44,231 bases of DNA from Candidatus Omnitrophota bacterium. Lineage in GTDB: Bacteria > Omnitrophota > Gorgyraeia > Duberdicusellales > 4484-171. Below the pieces are notes generated by a model that saw only the letters and a program-made list of their open reading frames with translations, searched no databases and had not been told where the DNA came from. The translations under genes were made by a program, and so were the position numbers. Positions 9,649 through 17,047 of the stretch are shown here, piece after piece. The number at the start of each line of letters is the position of its first letter. The stretch's first letter is position 1. Location: contig JAGLSH010000001.1 of the NCBI GenBank assembly GCA_023135855.1, positions 1 to 44,231 on the forward strand. Direction: 5' to 3'.

Positions 9649-9885
9649 TTAGAATTGTTTTTTCCTTTCGATTAAATCAACTATTTCATTAACAGTAGAA
9701 AATTTGGTAATCTCATTGGTTTCAATCTTTACACCAAAGTGCTTATTAAAAGTAACCACCAGCTCTACCATCTCTGTTGAATCAACACCAATGGAATCAT
9801 ATAATTTCTGATCGGCTTTTACCTCATCTTCATTTATGTCCAATGTCTTACTTATAAGCTCTATAACTTCTTTCTTTAATTCCAT
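9649..9885 (-). CDS. Acyl carrier protein
   Basis: 78 aa. Phosphopantetheine attachment motif GVDSTEMVELV. SD AGGAGG before the ATG. Confidence 0.85.
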   Translation of the reverse strand: MELKKEVIELISKTLDINEDEVKADQKLYDSIGVDSTEMVELVVTFNKHFGVKIETNEITKFSTVNEIVDLIERKKQF

Positions 9886-9894
9886 AGATACCTC

Positions 9895-11130
9895 CTATTT
9901 CTTCTCAACAGCTAAGACAACATTTATTCCACCCCGCCCTCTAGCAATAATTAAAGCCTTGTTGATAGTTTTCTCTTTAAGCTTATTAGGGGTGTAATCT
10001 AAATCACAATAAGGATCATTCATTAATTGATTAATTGTTGGTATCACTACTGAGTTCTTCATTGAAAATAATGTAATAATCAAATCTAGGGCACTTTGAG
10101 CGCCTAATAAATTACCGTAAATACTCTTAGGAGCACTAAGAGCAATATTTTTTATATTCTCTCCAAATACATTCTTTAGCGCTTGGGTTTCAAGATAATC
10201 TCCAATTACAGTTGCTTCACCATCTAAGCAAATATAATCAACATCTTCCTTATTCCACTTAGCATCTTTTAAGCACTCCTTAATTGCATATTCTAAATCA
10301 TCTGATTCAGGGGCATATCGCAAATAGTGATAGCCATCAGAAGAAAAACCTATTCCTTTAATAAATCCATAAATAGGAGCTCCTCGTTTCTTAGCTTTTG
10401 ATTCTTTCTCTAGGATTACTATTCCTGAACCTTCACCTAAAACAAATCCATCTCTATCTAAGTCATAAGGTTTATATGCTGTTTTAGGATTAAGATTATT
10501 TTTTGATAACTGACCGCAAGTATTTGCGCTCAATAAAGCATAAGGAGTAATCGGAGCTTCCATTCCTCCGGCTAATACAAAATCATTCTTATCCTGAGCT
10601 ACCACCTTGGAGCCATACCACAAACTCAAAGCTGATGATGCCTTGTCAGCAACTATAGTCTTACTATATCCTTTGAAGCCATAATATATAGTAACTTGGC
10701 CCTGAGGCGCTGCTGGGAACCAAGCTGAAGCCATATAGGGAGAAATACCTTCTCTTCCCTCTATATACATATCTCTTAACTCAGTCTCGGCAAAAAGCCA
10801 ACCACCAATAGCATTGCCCATAAATACGCCAACTCTATTCTTATCAATTTTTTCTAAATCCATTCCAGAATCTTTTATAGCTTGTTCTGAAGCAACTAAA
10901 GCCATATGAGAAAACACATCTATCTTCTTAACTAATCTTCCTGAAACATGCGAATAGTGATCCAACTCATGAACTTGGCCAGCAATCCGAGAAGGATAAA
11001 GACTAGCATCAAATCTCTTAACTTCATCAATAAAAGATTCGCATTTTTTCAGATTAGCCCAAAAAGTTTCTTTTTTTAATCCGCATGGTGAAACTACGCC
11101 TACGCCAGTTATTGCAACTCTATCACTCAT
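9895..11130 (-). CDS. Ketosynthase-beta / chain-length-factor-like protein (KS fold, catalytic triad absent)
   Basis: Aligns along its full length to the upstream KS. The active-site positions read ADKASS (Cys to Lys), CLDGEAT (His to Asp) and YGNLLG (His to Asn). The track start at 11142 is GTG. I prefer the ATG at 11130, which has GGAGG 5 nt upstream and lies 2 nt after the KS-alpha TAA. Confidence 0.85.
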   Translation of the reverse strand: MSDRVAITGVGVVSPCGLKKETFWANLKKCESFIDEVKRFDASLYPSRIAGQVHELDHYSHVSGRLVKKIDVFSHMALVASEQAIKDSGMDLEKIDKNRVGVFMGNAIGGWLFAETELRDMYIEGREGISPYMASAWFPAAPQGQVTIYYGFKGYSKTIVADKASSALSLWYGSKVVAQDKNDFVLAGGMEAPITPYALLSANTCGQLSKNNLNPKTAYKPYDLDRDGFVLGEGSGIVILEKESKAKKRGAPIYGFIKGIGFSSDGYHYLRYAPESDDLEYAIKECLKDAKWNKEDVDYICLDGEATVIGDYLETQALKNVFGENIKNIALSAPKSIYGNLLGAQSALDLIITLFSMKNSVVIPTINQLMNDPYCDLDYTPNKLKEKTINKALIIARGRGGINVVLAVEKK

Positions 11131-11132
11131 GA

Positions 11133-12380
11133 TTACCTCCACCTCTTAAACACAATAGAAGAATGTATTCCGGAAAATCCACTGCTAGTTTTAAGTATAT
11201 ACTCTGGCATAATCTCCCGCTTTTTATTAGGAATATAATCTAGATCACATTTAGGATCAGGTTCTTCCTGATTAATAGTTGGTGGAAGATACCCTTTCTC
11301 AAAAATCATACAACACAATACACTCTCTACAGCATTAGCTGCTGCTAAAGGATGACCGATCATCGACTTAATCGAGCTTATCGGCACCTTATAAGCAAAA
11401 TCTCCGAAAACCTTTTTGTAAGCATCGGTTTCAAAAGCATCATTCTGACGAGTAGATGATCCATGAGCACTTATATAGCCAATGTCCTCATTCTTTATTC
11501 CTGAATTCTTTATAGCTTCCCGCATTGAACGAGCCATAGGTTCACCATCTGCAGGTAAATCAGTCATATGATATGCATTGCAACTTGTTCCAAACCCGAG
11601 AATTTCAGCATAAATGTGAGCCCCTCTTTTTTTAGCATGTTCTAATTCTTCTAAAATTAAAATTCCAGCTGCTTCACTAATAACAAAGCCATTCCTCTTA
11701 TTATCAAAAGGACGGCTAGCCTTATGAGGTTCTTCATTATTCTTAGCCAAAACATTTACTACATCAAAAGCTCCAAAAGTAATCGGTGTGATTGGTGCCT
11801 CAGTTGCCCCAGCAATAACTATATCTTGTCTTCCTTCTTGAATAAGTTCAAAAGCAAAACCTAAAGAATCAGTTCCAGCAGTGCACCCAGTTGAAACCGT
11901 ACAATTCATTCCCTTTGTCCCATGAATACCACTTACCTCAGCACTAGGAGTATTAAACATAGCAGCATCATAAAGAAAGGGTCTACCTTTTCGAGGATCA
12001 ATCGGATTCTTGCCCCAATCAGTAACTAGCAAGAATTCTTCCTCCATAAGACGGGTTCCACAAATAGCATTTGCTAGGATTACACCACATCTACGCCTAT
12101 CTAATTTATTAAAATCTAAATTAGCATCTTCTATTGCACCCTTAGCCGCAGCAATTCCGAACTGAACATATCTATCCATACGCCTATGCTCAGCTATATT
12201 AAATTTTAAAGGGTCAAAATTTAAATCTTGAGAAGCAATCTTTGAAACAAATAAACTTACATCAAAATTTTCAACCTTTTCAATGTAAGATTTACCTTCA
12301 ATTAAATTATTATAAAATTCATTCTTCTCTTCTCCAGCTCCACAAATAACTCCAATTCCAGTAATTACTACTCTCTTCAC
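11133..12380 (-). CDS. Beta-ketoacyl synthase (KS-alpha; FabF/type II PKS KS family)
   Basis: Intact Cys-His-His triad: STGCTAGTDS, SAHGSSTRQND, MIGHPLAAA. GTG start with AGGAGG 8 nt upstream. Confidence 0.9.
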   Translation of the reverse strand: MKRVVITGIGVICGAGEEKNEFYNNLIEGKSYIEKVENFDVSLFVSKIASQDLNFDPLKFNIAEHRRMDRYVQFGIAAAKGAIEDANLDFNKLDRRRCGVILANAICGTRLMEEEFLLVTDWGKNPIDPRKGRPFLYDAAMFNTPSAEVSGIHGTKGMNCTVSTGCTAGTDSLGFAFELIQEGRQDIVIAGATEAPITPITFGAFDVVNVLAKNNEEPHKASRPFDNKRNGFVISEAAGILILEELEHAKKRGAHIYAEILGFGTSCNAYHMTDLPADGEPMARSMREAIKNSGIKNEDIGYISAHGSSTRQNDAFETDAYKKVFGDFAYKVPISSIKSMIGHPLAAANAVESVLCCMIFEKGYLPPTINQEEPDPKCDLDYIPNKKREIMPEYILKTSSGFSGIHSSIVFKRWR

Positions 12381-12407
12381 TTATCTTTCCTCCTTAAAAT
12401 ATAAAAA

Positions 12408-13016
12408 TTATTTTTCTTTTCTGCTAACTTTAAAAATAATGTTTCCCCCATCAGGACAAGTAACTGTATCTATAGAATTCTGATCCTTCATAAAGGGAAA
12501 TTTTGCTCCAAAATTTAAAGCAAAAAAAGCTGGAAAAGCTGTATGCCAAGCTGCTCCGCAAAATCCAGGAATACACTTTAGCCCCTCAGTTTCCCATTTA
12601 TCGCCAACCTTATACTTATAAAAACATTTAGGCGAAGCCATCCCTTTAGGGGTTCCTTTAGCCTCAACAACTTCAATGACCATCTTCTTGAGATTCGGTC
12701 CTTTGAAATCAGGATCTTTATTCACTATATCGATTTGACCTTCTTTGTTAAAAATTTCAGCTTTGAATTCTAATTTTCCACCATCGGGACAAGTAACCAA
12801 TAAAGATCTTTGATTTTCCATGAAGGGAAATTTTGCTCCAAAGCTTAAACCATAAATTACCGGAAATAATGCATGAGCTAGACCTAGGCAAAAATGTTTT
12901 GGCGGATGAGTAAAATCCTCTAAAATAATTTCATCACCAATTTTATAACCATGGTAACAATCCCCATAAACATTAATCACTGTCAATTTTAATTTTAAAA
13001 AAGGTGTTTTAATCAT
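12408..13016 (-). CDS. Tandem-duplicated TIGR04076-like small Cys-rich domain protein
   Basis: Two about 95-aa halves share the same pattern: C.H.YK.GD....FC...H..FP....L.FGAKFPFM.....L/TVTCPDGG..(E/I)FK. Family name is recalled from memory, not searched. Confidence 0.55.
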   Translation of the reverse strand: MIKTPFLKLKLTVINVYGDCYHGYKIGDEIILEDFTHPPKHFCLGLAHALFPVIYGLSFGAKFPFMENQRSLLVTCPDGGKLEFKAEIFNKEGQIDIVNKDPDFKGPNLKKMVIEVVEAKGTPKGMASPKCFYKYKVGDKWETEGLKCIPGFCGAAWHTAFPAFFALNFGAKFPFMKDQNSIDTVTCPDGGNIIFKVSRKEK

Positions 13017-13017
13017 A

Positions 13018-14013
13018 TTAAATCCTCAGTTCTTTTAATAACTCTTCTTTTGTATAAAACCTTTTTGCCTTCTCTACTCTGTGAACTAATTTAACTATTC
13101 TTATATTTATTGGTGCTCTTAGATTATTCTTAGTAGCCAAATCAACAATTGCACCATTGATATAATCAATCTCTGAAGGTTTATTGTGTTTTATGCTTTG
13201 CAATATTGAACCATAAAAAGGTTCTTTACTTAAAGAAGTCATTACTTTTGAAAAAATACCTGCAGCCTCCTCTGTATTTATTGAAACTAATCCTTCTAGT
13301 CTAGCCTTAGGATAAGTAGGCAAATCAGCTAATTCTATACCGCTATTTTTAACAACATCATAGGCTTCTTTATTTAGTTTTATTGCTATTTTTGCTAAAT
13401 CTAAATCACTAAATGTTTCCTGCATAGATAAACCTAGAATTGCCGGAAGACAATTGTTAAGATTAATAAATAATTTAAGATATTTAGCCCCTTTTATTTT
13501 ATTCGAGATTGATACATCAAAACCAAATTTTAAAAAATCTACTACCTCTTTGATCTTGGCTACTTCTTTGCCAAAAATATTACCCACTGTCAAATTACCT
13601 TTAAAATGATGGATTACTCTATTCGGTCGATAAAATGTTGCTCCAAACATAACAATACCGCTTATAATCTTCTCTTCTGGAAAATACTTATTCAATATAT
13701 AATCAGCACTTACCCCATTTTGGGTACTAATTACAGTAGCATCTTTTAAATATTCTAAATTTGCCTTTATTAAAGTCTCTAAATCACCTATTTTGCTTGA
13801 GAAGATAGCTAAATCTACCTTTTCTTTAAGCTGATTATCAACTTTTACCTTATAAATACTTTTAACTCTAGCAGATTCAACAATTAAACCCTCTCCTAAC
13901 AAAGACTCTAGCTGATAATCTTTAACTACCCCAACAACATCAGGACTCTCTTCTGTGAGATAACCCAAGAATAATCCGCCAATCGCTCCACAACCTAAAA
14001 CCGCTACTTTCAT
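13018..14013 (-). CDS. 2-dehydropantoate 2-reductase (ApbA/PanE) family oxidoreductase
   Basis: N-terminal MKVAVLGCGAIGG Rossmann motif. 331 aa with the typical two-domain KPR length. SD AAAGGAG. Confidence 0.75.
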   Translation of the reverse strand: MKVAVLGCGAIGGLFLGYLTEESPDVVGVVKDYQLESLLGEGLIVESARVKSIYKVKVDNQLKEKVDLAIFSSKIGDLETLIKANLEYLKDATVISTQNGVSADYILNKYFPEEKIISGIVMFGATFYRPNRVIHHFKGNLTVGNIFGKEVAKIKEVVDFLKFGFDVSISNKIKGAKYLKLFINLNNCLPAILGLSMQETFSDLDLAKIAIKLNKEAYDVVKNSGIELADLPTYPKARLEGLVSINTEEAAGIFSKVMTSLSKEPFYGSILQSIKHNKPSEIDYINGAIVDLATKNNLRAPINIRIVKLVHRVEKAKRFYTKEELLKELRI

Positions 14014-14027
14014 TTTTTCTACTCCTT

Positions 14028-14285
14028 TTAACTGATATATTGTGAGTAATCAATATCCAATTTACTAAGTAATCTTTCAAGCATGCTTTTGAAGGCTGGG
14101 GGAACTTCCTGAAAAAAAGCAATAATCAAATCTTTGTCTTCAACTTCTTTTGAGTCTCTCCCCTGGGCCAATTCTTCAGACTTTTGTTTAATAAGTTGCT
14201 CAGCAATTGTTCTGTGAAATTGCGGTAAATTGTCAGTTACTTTGTTAAACTTATTTTTTGTTTCTTGATTCCAAATAATTCCCAT
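14028..14285 (-). CDS. Small hypothetical protein (possibly PCP_red-like helical domain)
   Basis: 85 aa. Good SD (GGGGAGAGGG) and ATG, in an operon context. WNQETKNKFNKVTDNLPQFHRTIAEQL weakly resembles the protochlorophyllide-reductase C-terminal-like domain (memory only). Confidence 0.4.
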   Translation of the reverse strand: MGIIWNQETKNKFNKVTDNLPQFHRTIAEQLIKQKSEELAQGRDSKEVEDKDLIIAFFQEVPPAFKSMLERLLSKLDIDYSQYIS

Positions 14286-14303
14286 ACTATCCCTCTCCCC
14301 TTC

Positions 14304-15038
14304 TTATAATTCCTCAACAACTTTGAATCCTAAGTCTATCATTTTCATTTCAGCTTCAAAAAATCTATAATCAGCAAATCCTAATGTTCCGGTAATAAGA
14401 TTATCAGAAACTGCTAAGATAGCTGCAACCTTTCTTTTGTAGAGATTGGCTACGGTCACAAATGGTGAAGTTACCATGTCAACAGCAATTGCCCCTTTCT
14501 CTATATAGGGGTTAACTATTTCTTTAGTCTCCTTAAACAAAGCATCAGTTGTCCACACTCCTCCACGATGTAAAGTGCCCTCAGTTTTAAAAACCTCTTC
14601 TATTTTTGATGTTAGTTCATCGTCTACTTTAGATATATAATTATCATCTACATAATACTTAGTGGCTCCATCTCCTCGAATAATATCAGCAGCTAAAACA
14701 TAATCTCCAACATTCATATCCTCTTTTAAAGCTCCGCAAGACCCCAGTCTAATCAAAGTATTGATTCCGCCAACACATAAAAACTCAGTAACAAAGGCTG
14801 AATCAGGAGCATAGAAACCACCATTCCCAACAGTTACTTTCTTACCCTTATAGAACCCAGTCCAAAAAGTATAACCAAGAAAGGTAAAATTCTTTACACA
14901 ATCCTCTAATTTCTCTAAACACATTTTTGCCCTGTGCTGTTGTCCGCTAATTAAAGCAATTTCGCCAAAATCACCATCTTTAAACTGTAAAGAGCTCAAA
15001 AGATCTTTTGGGCTTAAATGAATATCTCTTTGCATCAT
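14304..15038 (-). CDS. Nucleoside phosphorylase, PNP_UDP_1 family (purine / uridine / MTA phosphorylase-like)
   Basis: RLGSCGAL motif, GDGATKYY, AVDMV. 244 aa. SD AGGAG before the ATGATG. Confidence 0.75.
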   Translation of the reverse strand: MMQRDIHLSPKDLLSSLQFKDGDFGEIALISGQQHRAKMCLEKLEDCVKNFTFLGYTFWTGFYKGKKVTVGNGGFYAPDSAFVTEFLCVGGINTLIRLGSCGALKEDMNVGDYVLAADIIRGDGATKYYVDDNYISKVDDELTSKIEEVFKTEGTLHRGGVWTTDALFKETKEIVNPYIEKGAIAVDMVTSPFVTVANLYKRKVAAILAVSDNLITGTLGFADYRFFEAEMKMIDLGFKVVEEL

Positions 15039-15078
15039 AACTAATCTCCTATTGTGCGCATCATGATATGCGCGTATT

Positions 15079-15137
15079 ATCCCGAAACATTTAAATACTT
15101 AAAAATTTCATAGAAATTTTTAAGTATGTTTCGGAAT
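15079..15137. repeat. Intergenic palindromic element, family 2 (copy E)
   Basis: ATCCCGAAAC (15079-15088) pairs with GTTTCGGAAT (15128-15137). These enclose ATACTTAAAAATTT (15095-15108) / AAATTTTTAAGTAT (15114-15127). No U-tract follows on either strand. Confidence 0.65.
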
Positions 15138-15175
15138 AAGTGATTCTAAGTTTTTTTTGCGATCCCTATGGGAGC

Positions 15176-16684
15176 TTAGAAAAGCCTAGATTCACTAAGT
15201 TTTTGCTTATCAATTTTTCCAGTTCTATTTTTAGGTAAATCTCCTACAAATTCAAAGTAATGAGGAATCTTAAAATGAGCTAAGTGTTCTTTTAAAAAAT
15301 CTTTTAACTCTTGTTCACTAAAGCTATCCTCATCTTTGGAAACTATAAATGCTTTAGGCACTTCTCCACGTAAATCATCAGCTACACCAATAACAGCAAC
15401 TTCAGCTACTTTGGAATATCTATGTATTTTTTCTTCAACCTCAGCTGAAAAAACTATTTCTCCGGCCACTTTAATCATATCTTTTTTTCTTCCGACTATA
15501 TAATAAAGCTGGTTAGAGTCAACTCTAACAATATCTCCAGTCTTAAGCCACCCGTCTTCTGTTAAAACTTCTTTAGTTAAGCCAGGTTCTTTATAATACT
15601 CTCTCATAATTGCTTCACCCTTAACCCAAAGTTCTCCTTGAGAAGGACTATCTAACTTATTGCCATTATCATCAACAATCTTTGCTTCAATATTAAAATC
15701 AAGATAACCAATACTTGAAATTTTGCTTTCATCAGGAGGAGAAAAAGAATTAGGAGCAGATGTTTCAGTCATCCCCCAACCGTTTAGAACTGCCGCCTGA
15801 GGGCATAATTTATGAAATCTCTTTAAAAGTATTGGTGATGATGGTGCACCAAAAACAACTGCATATCTTAAAGAGGAAAGGTCAAATTTACCATAGCCTT
15901 TTAAAGAAAGAATAGCTATATACATTGCCGGAACAATACAAAATATAGTAACTTTATGACGCTCTATATTCTTTAGAAATTCTAAAGGTTGAAATCTTTC
16001 CATGAGAACAAGGGTTGAAGAAAGCTGAACTGTCATCAGTATATAACCTAGTCCTCCAACATGAGAAAAAGGAACTCCTCCACATAAAGTTATATCTTCC
16101 TCAGATAATTCCAAAAAGTGATTAATAACCTGAGAAGGATTATTTAAGTGTCTATACTCTAGGCATACCCCTTTAGGGTGGCCAGTAGACCCGGAAGTAT
16201 AAAATATAGCTGCTAAGTTATTTTCCTTATACTCAACTAAAGGTTGACTGGGGCTGCTCTTCTCTAAAACTGTGCCCCAAGAAGAAAATCCTTCTGCTCC
16301 TTCTTCAGATACAATCACCTCTTCCAAACTCTTACACTTATCCTTAACATTAGCTAAATCTATTTTAGGAGCGGCAATTAAAACCTTTGCCTGACTATGA
16401 TTTATAAAATTAATTATCTCATTTTCAGTTAACATGAAGTCCAAAGGAACTACTACTGACCCCATACTAAATACACCTAAAAAAGTAAATATAGTTTGCG
16501 GAGTATTGGGAAGAAATATCGCAACTTTATCATTGCAACCCAAGCCTGCCTTAAGAAGGTAATTAGCAAGCTTAAATGAAGAGTCTCTAACTTGTGAAAA
16601 AGTAATTGCCTTTTCTTTAAACAGAATGGCTGATCTTTGAGGATACCTTTTAGCCTGTTTTGTGAGTAATTCTCTTATATTCAT
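15176..16684 (-). CDS. AMP-dependent acyl-CoA synthetase/ligase (adenylate-forming; candidate starter-unit activation)
   Basis: YTSGSTGHPKGV, GWLKTGD and C-terminal PKNRTGKIDK motifs. 502 aa. First gene after the predicted promoter. No SD upstream of the ATG. Confidence 0.9.
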   Translation of the reverse strand: MNIRELLTKQAKRYPQRSAILFKEKAITFSQVRDSSFKLANYLLKAGLGCNDKVAIFLPNTPQTIFTFLGVFSMGSVVVPLDFMLTENEIINFINHSQAKVLIAAPKIDLANVKDKCKSLEEVIVSEEGAEGFSSWGTVLEKSSPSQPLVEYKENNLAAIFYTSGSTGHPKGVCLEYRHLNNPSQVINHFLELSEEDITLCGGVPFSHVGGLGYILMTVQLSSTLVLMERFQPLEFLKNIERHKVTIFCIVPAMYIAILSLKGYGKFDLSSLRYAVVFGAPSSPILLKRFHKLCPQAAVLNGWGMTETSAPNSFSPPDESKISSIGYLDFNIEAKIVDDNGNKLDSPSQGELWVKGEAIMREYYKEPGLTKEVLTEDGWLKTGDIVRVDSNQLYYIVGRKKDMIKVAGEIVFSAEVEEKIHRYSKVAEVAVIGVADDLRGEVPKAFIVSKDEDSFSEQELKDFLKEHLAHFKIPHYFEFVGDLPKNRTGKIDKQKLSESRLF

Positions 16685-16695
16685 TGTTTAAATGG

Positions 16696-16725
16696 TAGTA
16701 AAATCTGAATAGTAAAATTTTACTA
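16696..16725 (-). promoter_or_regulatory. Candidate operator: 16-bp perfect palindrome TAGTAAAATTTTACTA (16710-16725) plus a third TAGTAAAAT half-site (16696-16704)
   Basis: Read directly. The palindrome overlaps the predicted -10 box, and the extra half-site lies 14 bp away between the -10 box and the ATG. Confidence 0.45.
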
Positions 16726-16744
16726 TTTATGGCTACTTAGTCAA
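16717..16744 (-). promoter_or_regulatory. Sigma70-like promoter of the biosynthetic operon
   Basis: On the minus strand: TTGACT (16744-16739), a 16-nt spacer, then TAAAAT (16722-16717). Lies about 35 nt upstream of the acyl-CoA ligase ATG and downstream of the terminator at 16806-16838. Confidence 0.5.
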
Positions 16745-16805
16745 GGTTTTTATAGATAAATTGCTAATTTGGTGAATTGTAACTCATATTGCGACAACAT
16801 TCAAT

Positions 16806-16838
16806 TCAAAAAATGGTTGAGATCTGATCTCAACCATT
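16806..16838 (-). terminator. Rho-independent terminator (bidirectional in form)
   Basis: 12-bp stem AATGGTTGAGAT / ATCTCAACCATT (16812-16823 / 16827-16838) with a 3-nt loop. On the minus strand a run of 6 T begins inside the 3' end of the stem (its last 2 nt) and continues 4 nt beyond it. On the plus strand the stem is followed by TCTTGCTTTATTTT. Confidence 0.8.
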
Positions 16839-17047
16839 TCTTGCTTTATTTTGGTAATCTCTTTGAGCTGTATTGGCTCTATATACACTATACTCCTCTA
16901 ATTCGTTCTCTATCTTTAATATTGTACCTCGTTTTATCTCCCGGCATACTATTGTTTCATACTTATTAAGTCTTTTTCTATCTCGTTAGCGCTTAATTTT
17001 AGCGCCAAATATCCTTCCAGCCTATATCTATCTTTTTCGATAAATTG

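Noticed and set aside
13940-14122. 60-aa minus-strand ORF overlapping the KPR-like gene start and the small 14028-14285 gene
   Set aside because: It is out of frame with two better-supported genes, each with an SD-preceded ATG start. No motif is recognisable.
8773-15137. Family 2 hairpins as intrinsic terminators
   Set aside because: Neither copy is followed by a T-run on the transcribed (minus) strand, and both sit inside an apparently continuous operon.
16769-16969. 66-aa plus-strand ORF in the intergenic region upstream of the biosynthetic operon
   Set aside because: It has no SD, it reads straight through the 12-bp terminator stem at 16812-16838, and its product is a hydrophobic low-complexity sequence.
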